Assembly: GCA_028282585.1 (NCBI GenBank)
Contig: JANQHR010000052.1
Span: 68,571 to 132,570, forward strand
Length of the DNA: 64,000 bases
Direction: 5' to 3'
Origin: Bacteroidales bacterium
GTDB taxonomy: Bacteria > Bacteroidota > Bacteroidia > Bacteroidales > UBA12077
In this document: positions 1 through 8,654 of the stretch, piece after piece
Layout of the letters: each line of letters begins with the position of its first letter
Numbering within the stretch: position 1 is the first letter of the stretch
Position numbers and translations under genes: made by a program
The notes under the pieces: generated by a model
What the model was told of the DNA's origin: nothing
The model's database searches: none
Seen by the model: the letters and a program-made list of their open reading frames with translations, nothing else

Positions 1-1
1 A

Positions 2-850
2 ATTGATATTACTATTTATATTGACCCTGCAACAAGCCAGTCTTTTAAAAATATGGTAATGAGTTCCTTAAAGGAGTTTACTTCACAGCTAGAGATTGAA
101 ATGTTTTTTAAGAACTTTTCGGAAGCCATGGCTCAAATGATGCCAGGCCAAAAACCTATAAAATTTGAAAGCTTTGAAACCATAAAGTACCAGGAAGTTT
201 ATGCTTCAACAACAAAGGATGAAATGCTTCCAAATTCGGTTCAACATAATGTACCTGCATGGACTATGTTCGCAATGTTCTTTATTGTACTGCCACTAGC
301 TGGAAACATTATTAAAGAACGGGATGATGGAAGTGCTTTCCGTTTAAAAACAATGCCAGGGTCTTTTGTTACAGTTATGTTTAGTAAGATTTTTGTATTT
401 CTAGGTGTAGCATTTTTACAGTTTATTTTAATGCTAATGGTTGGTGTTTACATCATGCCACTAATGGGATTGCCACAGTTGGAAATTGGCCCTCATAAAA
501 TTGCATTAGGTGTTATGGCAATTGCTTCCGGGTTAGCCGCAACAGGTTACGGAGTTGCTATTGGAACTATCGCAACTACCCATGAACAAGCAGCCACTTT
601 TGGTGCTGTTTCAATTATCATTTTTGCAGCTTTAGGCGGCATTTGGGTTCCGGTATATGTAATGCCTCATACAATAAGAATTATCAGCCAGTTCTCTCCT
701 CTTCATTGGGGGTTAAATGGCTTTTATGATATATTCCTTCGTGGCGGTGATATTTCTGTAGTAATCGCTGAAACTGCAAAATTGTTGCTGTTTTTTGTAA
801 TCATGCTATTAATAGCAGTTGCTTATAATAAGTACACAAAAACCAAATAA
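2..850 (+). CDS. ABC-2 type transporter permease (5'-partial), flexirubin/APE cluster-associated
   Basis: Frame is open from base 2 (IDITIYIDPATSQSFKNM...). PNSVQHNVPAWTMFAMFF, ERDDG and SPLHW motifs plus several hydrophobic helices. Confidence 0.85.
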   Translation: MDITIYIDPATSQSFKNMVMSSLKEFTSQLEIEMFFKNFSEAMAQMMPGQKPIKFESFETIKYQEVYASTTKDEMLPNSVQHNVPAWTMFAMFFIVLPLAGNIIKERDDGSAFRLKTMPGSFVTVMFSKIFVFLGVAFLQFILMLMVGVYIMPLMGLPQLEIGPHKIALGVMAIASGLAATGYGVAIGTIATTHEQAATFGAVSIIIFAALGGIWVPVYVMPHTIRIISQFSPLHWGLNGFYDIFLRGGDISVVIAETAKLLLFFVIMLLIAVAYNKYTKTK

Positions 851-855
851 ATCCC

Positions 856-891
856 AGGTTCATAGTTTAAAGTACAAAGTTTAAAAGTTTT
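856..891 (+). repeat. Left heptamer array of cassette 1 (consensus AAGTTYA)
   Basis: aggttca tagttta aagtaca aagttta (a) aagtttt read directly from the sequence. Confidence 0.8.
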
Positions 892-898
892 ATATTTA

Positions 899-1288
899 AT
901 GGCAGCATTTACAAAATTTGAAGATATTGAAGCTTGGAGAAAAGCTCGTGAATTATGCAAGCTTATCTTTGAAATAACTGAAAAAGACAAGTTTTCCAGA
1001 GATTTTTCTTTAAAAGACCAAATTAGAAGATCTTCTGGTAGTGTAATGGACAATATTGCTGAAGGCTTTGAAAGAGGTGGAAGAAAAGAATTTATACAAT
1101 TTCTTTTTATTTCAAAATCATCTTGTGCTGAAACAAAATCACAGTTATATCGGGCACTTGATTATAAATATATTGACAAAAATGAATTGAATAAATGGTA
1201 TGAGAAAGCTTGCGAATGCACAAAACTCATTGTTGGATTAATCAATTATCTCAAATCATCTAGTGTTAAAGGCCTAAAGTATTTATAA
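899..1288 (+). CDS. Four helix bundle protein (TIGR02436 / 23S rRNA IVP family)
   Basis: FEDIEAWRKA...LKDQIRRSSGSVMDNIAEGFERG...EFIQFL..S..S..E is the family signature; 129 aa. Confidence 0.92.
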   Translation: MAAFTKFEDIEAWRKARELCKLIFEITEKDKFSRDFSLKDQIRRSSGSVMDNIAEGFERGGRKEFIQFLFISKSSCAETKSQLYRALDYKYIDKNELNKWYEKACECTKLIVGLINYLKSSSVKGLKYL

Positions 1289-1298
1289 AATCACTTTG

Positions 1299-1333
1299 AA
1301 AACTTTGAACTGTAAACTTTGAACTAAGAACTA
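1299..1333 (-). repeat. Right heptamer array of cassette 1, inverted relative to 856-891
   Basis: aaaactt tgaactg taaactt tgaacta agaacta; reverse complement is tagttct tagttca aagttta cagttca aagtttt. Confidence 0.8.
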
Positions 1334-1420
1334 TTAAAACATTGTTAATAATTTAAAACATAATATGCTAACTTTTAATCCATAGAGCTTAATTTAGCAG
1401 TTTGTTAAAAAAATAGAAAA

Positions 1421-1849
1421 TTGGAAAAGAAACCACTAATACATAGAACTGAAATCGTTGTAAGGTTTAGTGAAGTAGATTCGATGGGAATCGTATGGCA
1501 TGGTAATTATGCCAAATACTTTGAAGATGGCCGTGAAGCATTTGGGAAGGCTTTGGGCTTAAGTTACCTGGATGTTTATGCAAACAAGCACCTCACTCCT
1601 CTTGTTAAACTTGATTTTGAGTACAAAACTCCTCTTGAATATGGAGATTCAGCAATTATAGAAACAAGGTATATTGACCATGATGCTGCTAAAATTCATT
1701 TTGAATATACCATATACAACAAAAAAAATAACAAGGTTGCTGCAACCGGAGAAAGCATTCAGGTGTTTTTAAATCTAGAAAGAGAATTGGTTTTAATTGC
1801 TCCTGATTTTTTCCTTGAATGGAAAAGAAAAATGGGACTCCTTGAATAA
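1421..1849 (+). CDS. Acyl-CoA thioesterase (4HBT/YbgC hot-dog family)
   Basis: VRFSEVDSMGIVWHGNYAKYFEDGRE motif; TTG start. Confidence 0.9.
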   Translation: MEKKPLIHRTEIVVRFSEVDSMGIVWHGNYAKYFEDGREAFGKALGLSYLDVYANKHLTPLVKLDFEYKTPLEYGDSAIIETRYIDHDAAKIHFEYTIYNKKNNKVAATGESIQVFLNLERELVLIAPDFFLEWKRKMGLLE

Positions 1850-1885
1850 TGAACATCGATTAACGAATATAGAATTAAGAAATGG
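1844..1885 (+). repeat. Left heptamer array of cassette 2 (GAWnnnn units)
   Basis: gaataat gaacatc gattaac gaatata gaattaa gaaatgg; overlaps the upstream stop (1847-1849) and the downstream ATG (1882). Confidence 0.85.
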
Positions 1886-2265
1886 CAAAGACATTGACAA
1901 AATATGATTTAGAAGAAAGACTGATTAATTTTTCAGTATTGATAATTGATATAGTTAATGAAATGCCAAATACAAAAGCAGCAAATCATCTTTCGGGACA
2001 ACTTGTTCGTTCTGGTACTTCGCCCGCTCTTAATTATGGTGAAGCGCAAAGTGCAGAATCAAGAAAGGATTTCATTCATAAGATGAAGGTTATTCTTAAA
2101 GAATTAAGAGAAACATTTGTGTGTTTGAAGATAATTCATCGATGTAAATTGTTTAAAACAGAAGAAAAAATTATAATAGCTAAAGAAGAAAATAATGAGC
2201 TTATTTCAATATTTGTAAAAAGCATCGAAACAGCAAAAAACAATTTAAATTCCAATAAATCTTAA
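1882..2265 (+). CDS. Four helix bundle protein (TIGR02436 family)
   Basis: DLEERL..F....QLVRSGTSPALNYGEAQSAESRKDFIHKMKVILKELRET signature; 127 aa. Confidence 0.92.
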   Translation: MAKTLTKYDLEERLINFSVLIIDIVNEMPNTKAANHLSGQLVRSGTSPALNYGEAQSAESRKDFIHKMKVILKELRETFVCLKIIHRCKLFKTEEKIIIAKEENNELISIFVKSIETAKNNLNSNKS

Positions 2266-2296
2266 ATCGTTAATCTGTGTTCGATGTTCGATATTC
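2255..2296 (-). repeat. Right heptamer array of cassette 2, inverted relative to 1844-1885
   Basis: ataaatc ttaaatc gttaatc tgtgttc gatgttc gatattc; the reverse complement contains exact gaacatc and gattaac units. Confidence 0.85.
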
Positions 2297-2333
2297 AAAT
2301 AAGAATTGAATATGATTTAAGAAGATTAATAAA

Positions 2334-3494
2334 ATGAATAAAATTTACACAATAGCAGACAACATAATATCATCTTTGGGCTTTACAAGCAAAGAAAACT
2401 TTGAGAACCTTAAGCAAGGCATATCTGGAATCAAACAAACATCAGACCCTAAAATTACACAGGTTCCAATGCAATGTTCTTTAGTTAATACAGAGAAATT
2501 AAATTCGGAATTTGAAAAAATTGGAAAACCTGAAGGATATACACGCCTGGAGAAACTAATGATATTATCTATCGCAGATTGCTTAAAACAATCAGGTGTA
2601 GATTCTACAAGTGAAGACACTTTGTTTATTTTTTCATCGGTTAAAGGAAATATCGATTTAATTGAGGATGAAAACCATCCTTTTGAAGAAGACAGAATAA
2701 ACCTGTGGGCAATATCTGATGCAATTTGTAATTTCTTCAAGGCGAAAAATGAAGCAATTTTTGTATCGAATGCATGCATTTCAGGTGCCACAGCTATCAT
2801 AACGGCAGCCCAATATTTATCCGCTAAAAAATATAAAAATGCCATTGTTTGCGGTGGTGATATTATTTCTGAATTTACACCTTCTGGTTTTCAATCGTTC
2901 AAAGCAGTGAGCGAAGAGCCTTGTAAACCTTTTGATGCAAACAGGAATGGTATCACTTTAGGCGAAGGTGCTGGTACAATTATTTTAACTGCTGATAAAG
3001 ATTTAGTTAAAGAAGAAAATCCAATAGTTTTCAGAGGTGGGGCAAATACAAATGATGCAAACCATATTTCAGGGCCATCGAGAACTGGAGATGGATTATA
3101 TTATGCAATCAGAAATGCACTAAACCAAGCAAATAAAACCAATACTGAAATCGACTACATTTCGGGGCATGGAACGGCAACTCCATACAACGATGAAATG
3201 GAATCGAAAGCCATTTCATGGGCCGGGCTTAAACATGTTCCCGTTAATAGCCTGAAAGGCTACTGGGGGCACACTTTAGGAGCTGCAGGAATCATTGAAA
3301 GTATTGCTGGAATTCATTCTATAAAGGAAAACTGTTTAATAAGAACGAATGGATTTTCTGAACATGGTGTTAGTGAAGCAATTAATGTAATCAATGAATT
3401 TAAGGAAACTGAAGTAAAGAATTTCTTAAAAACAGCTTCTGGTTTTGGTGGTAGTAATGCCGCAGTTTATTTTTCTGAATTAAATGCTGATTAA
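2334..3494 (+). CDS. Beta-ketoacyl-ACP synthase (KAS I/II type)
   Basis: Catalytic motifs NACISG, GHGTAT, GHTLGAAG and C-terminal SGFGGSN. Confidence 0.9.
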   Translation: MNKIYTIADNIISSLGFTSKENFENLKQGISGIKQTSDPKITQVPMQCSLVNTEKLNSEFEKIGKPEGYTRLEKLMILSIADCLKQSGVDSTSEDTLFIFSSVKGNIDLIEDENHPFEEDRINLWAISDAICNFFKAKNEAIFVSNACISGATAIITAAQYLSAKKYKNAIVCGGDIISEFTPSGFQSFKAVSEEPCKPFDANRNGITLGEGAGTIILTADKDLVKEENPIVFRGGANTNDANHISGPSRTGDGLYYAIRNALNQANKTNTEIDYISGHGTATPYNDEMESKAISWAGLKHVPVNSLKGYWGHTLGAAGIIESIAGIHSIKENCLIRTNGFSEHGVSEAINVINEFKETEVKNFLKTASGFGGSNAAVYFSELNAD

Positions 3495-3529
3495 TTAGAA
3501 AATTGAAAATAGAAAATTATTAGAACATT

Positions 3530-3964
3530 ATGTCTTATATTAGAATTTGGTTACATTGTGTTTGGGGAACTAAAAAGCGAATTCCTTTTCTAACAAAAGA
3601 CAATAAATGGGATATTATAAACCATATTAAAGATAATGCAAAGGCAAAAGGCATTTACATAAATTTTATTAATGGAAACAAAGAGCATATTCATTGTATA
3701 ATTTCGCTTAAGGCTGATGAAGCCTTATCTAAAACTATTCAATTAATTAAGGGAGAATCTTCATTTTGGATAAATAAAAACAGTTTATCAAAAGGTAAAT
3801 TTGAATGGGCGGATGAATACTTTGCTGTTTCAATTAGTGAATCTCAAGTGCCTAAAGTAAGGGATTACATAAAGAATCAAGAAGAGCATCATAGCAATAA
3901 AACATGGAAAGAAGAATATGAAGAATTTATACAAAAGTATAATTTCGAAAAGATTAAGGGCTAA
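3530..3964 (+). mobile_element. tnpA: IS200/IS605-family Y1 HUH transposase, probably REP-associated (RAYT-like)
   Basis: HCVWGTKKR, EHIH (HUH), IKGESSFW, W...YFAVS and YIKNQEEHH (catalytic Tyr); no tnpB. Confidence 0.88.
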
Positions 3965-4050
3965 AGCCCTCGTTATTTTGAGGATTTATAACCCCAGCCT
4001 TAAGGCTGGGGTTAAAGAAAATACCCTTGAATGGACTTTAGTCCCTTAAT
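3953..4050. repeat. REP/REPIN-like palindromic element downstream of tnpA
   Basis: attaagggctaaagccct (3953-3970) is inverted against tggactttagtcccttaat (4032-4050). A perfect 26-bp palindrome taaccccagccttaaggctggggtta lies between them (3989-4014). Confidence 0.85.
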
Positions 4051-4069
4051 TTACTTAATTACCACGTTT

Positions 4070-4699
4070 ATGGAAAACATCATATCAAAATATTGCATTA
4101 TACAACCGCATAAGGTTATAGTTGATGGAAAATCAGAATTAATCGATCCTGAGAAAAGCGAATTCGGAGCATTCATGAAATCCATCTATAAACATTACGA
4201 TATAAAGTATCCAAAGTATTTTAAAATGGATAACCTATGCAAGATTGCTTTTATTGCATCCGAAATTGTATTGAAAGGAAATGAACATATCAAGGAATTG
4301 GACCCTACCAAAGTAGGTGTGATTTTACAAAACTCGCATTCATCCATAGATACAGATACTAAATACAACGATACTATTAAGGATAAATCAAACTACTTTC
4401 CAAGCCCGGCAGTATTTGTTTATACCTTGCCCAACGTAATGATTGGCGAAATTTGTATTCGAAATAAGTTTCAAGGTGAAAATACCTGTTTTATAGCCAA
4501 ACAATTCAACCCCGAATTTGTAACTGAATATGTAGGCGAACTGTTAGGTTCTGGCAAGTTAGATGCTTGTATTGCCGGGTGGGCAGATTACATGGATGGA
4601 GAATACAGTTCGATGTTGTTTTTAGTTGAAAAAAATAAGGAAAATAAAAAAGATAGTATTAGTTTTAACCCCCAAATCATAAATGGATTAATTAAGTAA
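4070..4699 (+). CDS. Ketosynthase N-terminal-like / chain length factor protein of flexirubin-type clusters
   Basis: YPKYFKMDNLCK and PSPAVFVYTLPN motifs. Start moved to ATG 4070 because the 4031 start lies inside the REP. Confidence 0.75.
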   Translation: MENIISKYCIIQPHKVIVDGKSELIDPEKSEFGAFMKSIYKHYDIKYPKYFKMDNLCKIAFIASEIVLKGNEHIKELDPTKVGVILQNSHSSIDTDTKYNDTIKDKSNYFPSPAVFVYTLPNVMIGEICIRNKFQGENTCFIAKQFNPEFVTEYVGELLGSGKLDACIAGWADYMDGEYSSMLFLVEKNKENKKDSISFNPQIINGLIK

Positions 4700-4705
4700 A
4701 TAGAA

Positions 4706-4960
4706 ATGGAAGAGTTAATTTTAAAGATTAAAGAACAAGTAATAGAGGTATTGAATTTAGAAGATATTGAGCCAGCAGATATTGATACAGATGCACCATT
4801 ATTTGGTGATGGTTTAGGGCTTGATTCAATTGATGCATTAGAATTGATCGTATTATTAGAAAAACAATATGGAATAAAAATCGAAGACCCAAAAGACGGA
4901 AAAAAGATTTTTTATTCAATTAGGACAATTGCTGAATACATCGAAGAAAAAAAGAAATAA
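4706..4960 (+). CDS. Acyl carrier protein
   Basis: LFGDGLGLDSIDALE phosphopantetheine site; acidic, 84 aa. Confidence 0.95.
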   Translation: MEELILKIKEQVIEVLNLEDIEPADIDTDAPLFGDGLGLDSIDALELIVLLEKQYGIKIEDPKDGKKIFYSIRTIAEYIEEKKK

Positions 4961-4981
4961 TATTTGATAAAGGATTTGTAG

Positions 4982-6181
4982 ATGTCAAAGAGGGTATTTG
5001 TAACAGGCATAGGAATTATATCAGGAATCGGAAATAATGTAGAAGAAACACTTCAATCTCTTAAAGAGAAAAAATCCGGAGTAGAAGATATCAAGTATCT
5101 TCAAACCAACCACAAAGGTGTCATTCCTGTTTCGGAAGTAAAGTTATCTGAAGAAGAATTGATTAAAAGAGCCGGATTGCCTCAAGGTGAACCTTATACT
5201 CGATCGACTCTAATTGGTATAATTGCTGCTGACGAAGCAGTTAAAAATGCTCAGATTAATGATATCAAAGAATGTAAAACCGGATTGATATCCGGAACTA
5301 CTGTTGGTGGAATGGACAAAAGCGAGCTTTATTACAGAGACCTTTTAGAAACTACAAACCATATCGAATATATCGAAACCCACGATTGTGGTGATAGTAC
5401 TGAGCGAATTGCTGATTACATTGGGATTAAGGATTTTGTTTCAACTACAAGTACTGCGTGTTCATCCGCTGCTAATTCAATGATATTAGGAGCCAGAATG
5501 ATCAAAAACGGTTTACTAGACCGTTGTGTTGCAGGTGGAATCGAATCATTAACCAAATACCACATGAATGGCTTTAACACATTAATGATTCTTGACCGTG
5601 AACCGTGTAAACCTTTTGATGAAAACAGAAAAGGTTTAAACCTTGGTGAAGGAGCTGCCTTTCTGGTGTTAGAATCTGAAGAGATGGTTCAAAAATCTGG
5701 TAAAAAAGTGCTTGCTGAATTAACGGGTTATGGAAACTCATGTGAAGCTTTCCATCAAACAGCTTCTACTCCTGAAGGTAAAGGTGCATATGCAGCCATG
5801 AAAGAAGCTTTGGAAAGAAGCGGGTTAAAGCCGGAAGATATTGATTATGTGAATGCTCATGGTACAGGAACAGATAACAATGACCTTTCAGAAGGAAGAG
5901 CTATTGAAAACATTTTTGGTAAGAATATTCCTAAGGTAAGTTCAACTAAATCGTATACCGGGCACACAACAAGTGCTGCAGGTGGTGTTGAAGCAGTTAT
6001 ATCAGTTCTTACCTTACAGCACAACATGATTTTCCCGAACCTGAATTTTAAAGAGCAAATGAAAGAACTTAAATTCAAACCTGTAACTGAAGTTATAGAA
6101 AATGTTAAGGTCGACCATGTACTATCCAATTCTTTTGGTTTCGGAGGTAATAATTCAGCGTTAATTTTCTCAAGATATTAG
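4982..6181 (+). CDS. Beta-ketoacyl-ACP synthase (aryl polyene-type KS)
   Basis: TACSSA, NAHGTGT, GHTTSAAG, NSFGFGGNN. Confidence 0.92.
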   Translation: MSKRVFVTGIGIISGIGNNVEETLQSLKEKKSGVEDIKYLQTNHKGVIPVSEVKLSEEELIKRAGLPQGEPYTRSTLIGIIAADEAVKNAQINDIKECKTGLISGTTVGGMDKSELYYRDLLETTNHIEYIETHDCGDSTERIADYIGIKDFVSTTSTACSSAANSMILGARMIKNGLLDRCVAGGIESLTKYHMNGFNTLMILDREPCKPFDENRKGLNLGEGAAFLVLESEEMVQKSGKKVLAELTGYGNSCEAFHQTASTPEGKGAYAAMKEALERSGLKPEDIDYVNAHGTGTDNNDLSEGRAIENIFGKNIPKVSSTKSYTGHTTSAAGGVEAVISVLTLQHNMIFPNLNFKEQMKELKFKPVTEVIENVKVDHVLSNSFGFGGNNSALIFSRY

Positions 6182-6182
6182 T

Positions 6183-7247
6183 ATGGAAGTTTACATAAAA
6201 GGCATCGGTAATATATCTCCTCAAAATACTACAGATAGCAAAGTATTTTTAGATGAAGTTGTGAATCACGAATCTGATTTTCTTTCTTGTATTGAACCCA
6301 ATTATAAAGAATTTATTAATCCCATTCAGCTTCGCCGAATGAGTAAACTGATAAAAATGGGGATCAGTGCTTCAAAAATTTGTTTGCAGGATGCTGGTGT
6401 TGAAGAACCAGGTGCAATTATTACCGGAACAGGACTGGGGTTGGTTGGTGATACTGAAAAATTCCTGAACCAGGTTTTAGACCATAATGAGGAACTTCTT
6501 GCCCCCACTGCTTTTATTCAATCAACGCACAATACAATTAGCGGGCAGGTTGCAATTGCCTTAAAATGCTTTAAATACAACAATACATACTCGCACCGCG
6601 GTTTTTCCTTTGAAAGTGCGCTTTTAGATGGAATGCTGTTGGTTGAAAATAAGGATGCTGGCCATGTTTTGGTTGGCGGTTTCGATGAAATCACTGGTGA
6701 ACACTATAAAATCATCAAAAAAACAAAGTGGGTAAAAGATGAAACTATAAAAAGCCTTGAACTAATTGATCATAAAACGCAAGGAACCATTGTTGGCGAA
6801 AGTGTTGCTTTCTTTACGTTAACTGGTAAGAAAGATGAAAACACGTACGCAAAAATTCAAGATATTAAGACCATATATAAACCTGAAAACAACCATGAAA
6901 TTGAAACTAAAATCGATGAATTCTTAGCTAAAAATAAGCTAAAAAAGCAAGATATTGATTTGGTGGTTTTAGGTTTAAATGGAAACGTTGACACTGATGA
7001 TGTTTACCTTCATCTAGCAGATAACTATTTCAATACAAATTATGCTTATTTCAAGCACCTTTCCGGTGATTACCACACGGTTGGTTCATTTGCATTATGG
7101 TTTGCTGCAAATTCAATTAAACATCAGAATGTACCAGAAGTAGCTCGTTTCAGAAAAGAAAACTTTACTGAAAAACCAATAAAAAACGTATTGGTATACA
7201 ATCATTTTAGAAAAGTTGACCATTCAATATTTTTATTAACTCAATGA
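6183..7247 (+). CDS. Ketosynthase chain length factor
   Basis: RRMSKLIKMG and PTAFIQSTHNT; lacks the catalytic Cys/His motifs; directly follows the KS. Confidence 0.82.
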   Translation: MEVYIKGIGNISPQNTTDSKVFLDEVVNHESDFLSCIEPNYKEFINPIQLRRMSKLIKMGISASKICLQDAGVEEPGAIITGTGLGLVGDTEKFLNQVLDHNEELLAPTAFIQSTHNTISGQVAIALKCFKYNNTYSHRGFSFESALLDGMLLVENKDAGHVLVGGFDEITGEHYKIIKKTKWVKDETIKSLELIDHKTQGTIVGESVAFFTLTGKKDENTYAKIQDIKTIYKPENNHEIETKIDEFLAKNKLKKQDIDLVVLGLNGNVDTDDVYLHLADNYFNTNYAYFKHLSGDYHTVGSFALWFAANSIKHQNVPEVARFRKENFTEKPIKNVLVYNHFRKVDHSIFLLTQ

Positions 7248-8005
7248 TCAAACCAAGAACTACATTCGTTCTTTACATCATTGTTTTAATCCTGGTTTAT
7301 CTCTTTCTTCCATGGAAAGGGATATTTTTTACTCTATTAACAGTCTTATTTTTAGCTCATTTAGTTTATTGCTCGGTAAATATTTGCTCTCAAGCTTACA
7401 TTAAAACCTTTTGCAAACGCGATACACAAGAAAAAAAGATAGCCATCACTTTTGATGATGGGCCGGATTCAGAAATTACTCCGAAGGTTTTAGAGATATT
7501 AGACGAGTTCGCTGTAAAAGCTACTTTCTTTTGTATCGGAAATCAAATCGAACGCAATAGAGATATCTTAAAAGCGTTAGATTCAAAAGGGCATTTAATT
7601 GGTAATCATAGCTATTCGCACGAGTTTTGGTTCGATTTATACCCGGCAAATAAGATGCAAGAAGATATTAAAAAAACAAATGGACTGATTTTTGAAACAA
7701 TTGGTAAAAAAACGAAGCTGTTCCGCCCTCCTTATGGTGTTACAAACCCTTCTTTAAAGAAAGCTATTAAGGATTTAGGTTTTAATACTATTGGATGGAG
7801 CATACGTTCTTTAGATACTGTAAGCAAAACTGAAAAAACTATTCAACGAATTAAGAAAAAATTATCACCGGGAGATATGATATTATTTCATGATAACAGA
7901 GAACAAATAATTCTAATCTTAAAAGAGTTTATAGATTATACCAAATCCGAAGGATATGAGATTGTTCCTCTCGACGAATTATTAAATATACAAGCTTATG
8001 AATAA
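7244..8005 (+). CDS. Polysaccharide deacetylase (CE4/NodB), membrane anchored
   Basis: TFDDGP, HSYSH, RPPYG, LFHD; N-terminal transmembrane segments. Confidence 0.9.
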   Translation: MIKPRTTFVLYIIVLILVYLFLPWKGIFFTLLTVLFLAHLVYCSVNICSQAYIKTFCKRDTQEKKIAITFDDGPDSEITPKVLEILDEFAVKATFFCIGNQIERNRDILKALDSKGHLIGNHSYSHEFWFDLYPANKMQEDIKKTNGLIFETIGKKTKLFRPPYGVTNPSLKKAIKDLGFNTIGWSIRSLDTVSKTEKTIQRIKKKLSPGDMILFHDNREQIILILKEFIDYTKSEGYEIVPLDELLNIQAYE

Positions 8006-8636
8006 GATATTAAGTACTATAATCAGCCTCTTTTTATTTATTACCATTTTAAATGCTCAGGAAAATGGATTTTCTAAGGTTAAGGATATGGAAAAAACGA
8101 AGTCGGATTTATCAAAATTAACAGAAAACACTTCAGCCATAAAGAGTCAATTTGTACAGGAAAAACATCTAAGTTTTTTAACTGAGAATATAAGGTCAAA
8201 AGGTGAATTTTACTTCAAAAGCCCTAATTCGCTTCGTTGGGAATATTCAGAGCCATTCGAATATATTATCGTATTCAATGATAAAAATATTATGATTAAA
8301 GATGGTGCTAAAATCAGCACATATGATACTGAATCAAACAAAATGTTTAGCGAAATCAATAATATGATGATTGGTACTATTCAGGGCAATTTATTTACAG
8401 ATAACGAACGGTTTGATGTAGAATATTTTGAAAATGCTTCTCAATATTTGCTTGAACTGGATCCCAAATTACCTGAAATGAAAAGTATGCTGAAAACAAT
8501 CAAAATATTCATTGATAAATCAGATATTTCAGTGGCTAAAATTAAAATGATTGAAAGTTCAGATGATTATACCAGTATTGAATTCATAAACAGAAAACTG
8601 AACCAGGAAATAAAAGAATCCATCTTTAAACTATAA
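7998..8636 (+). CDS. LolA-like outer-membrane lipoprotein carrier protein
   Basis: Signal peptide; F.QEKHLSFL...SKG.FYFK.P..LRWEY..P. Confidence 0.85.
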   Translation: MNKILSTIISLFLFITILNAQENGFSKVKDMEKTKSDLSKLTENTSAIKSQFVQEKHLSFLTENIRSKGEFYFKSPNSLRWEYSEPFEYIIVFNDKNIMIKDGAKISTYDTESNKMFSEINNMMIGTIQGNLFTDNERFDVEYFENASQYLLELDPKLPEMKSMLKTIKIFIDKSDISVAKIKMIESSDDYTSIEFINRKLNQEIKESIFKL

Positions 8637-8654
8637 CTATTTTACTTTTTAATA

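Noticed and set aside
899-2265. 23S rRNA intervening sequence
   Set aside because: The flanks are protein-coding PKS genes; no rRNA sequence is present.
2345-2845. 166-aa antisense ORF and the other short overlapping ORFs in the track
   Set aside because: They are shadows of well-supported genes with no recognisable motifs.
3530-4050. Complete IS605 element with TnpB
   Set aside because: No tnpB ORF follows tnpA; the next gene is KS-like.
4031-4069. ORF-track start at 4031
   Set aside because: It lies inside the REP-like repeat; ATG 4070 is more plausible.
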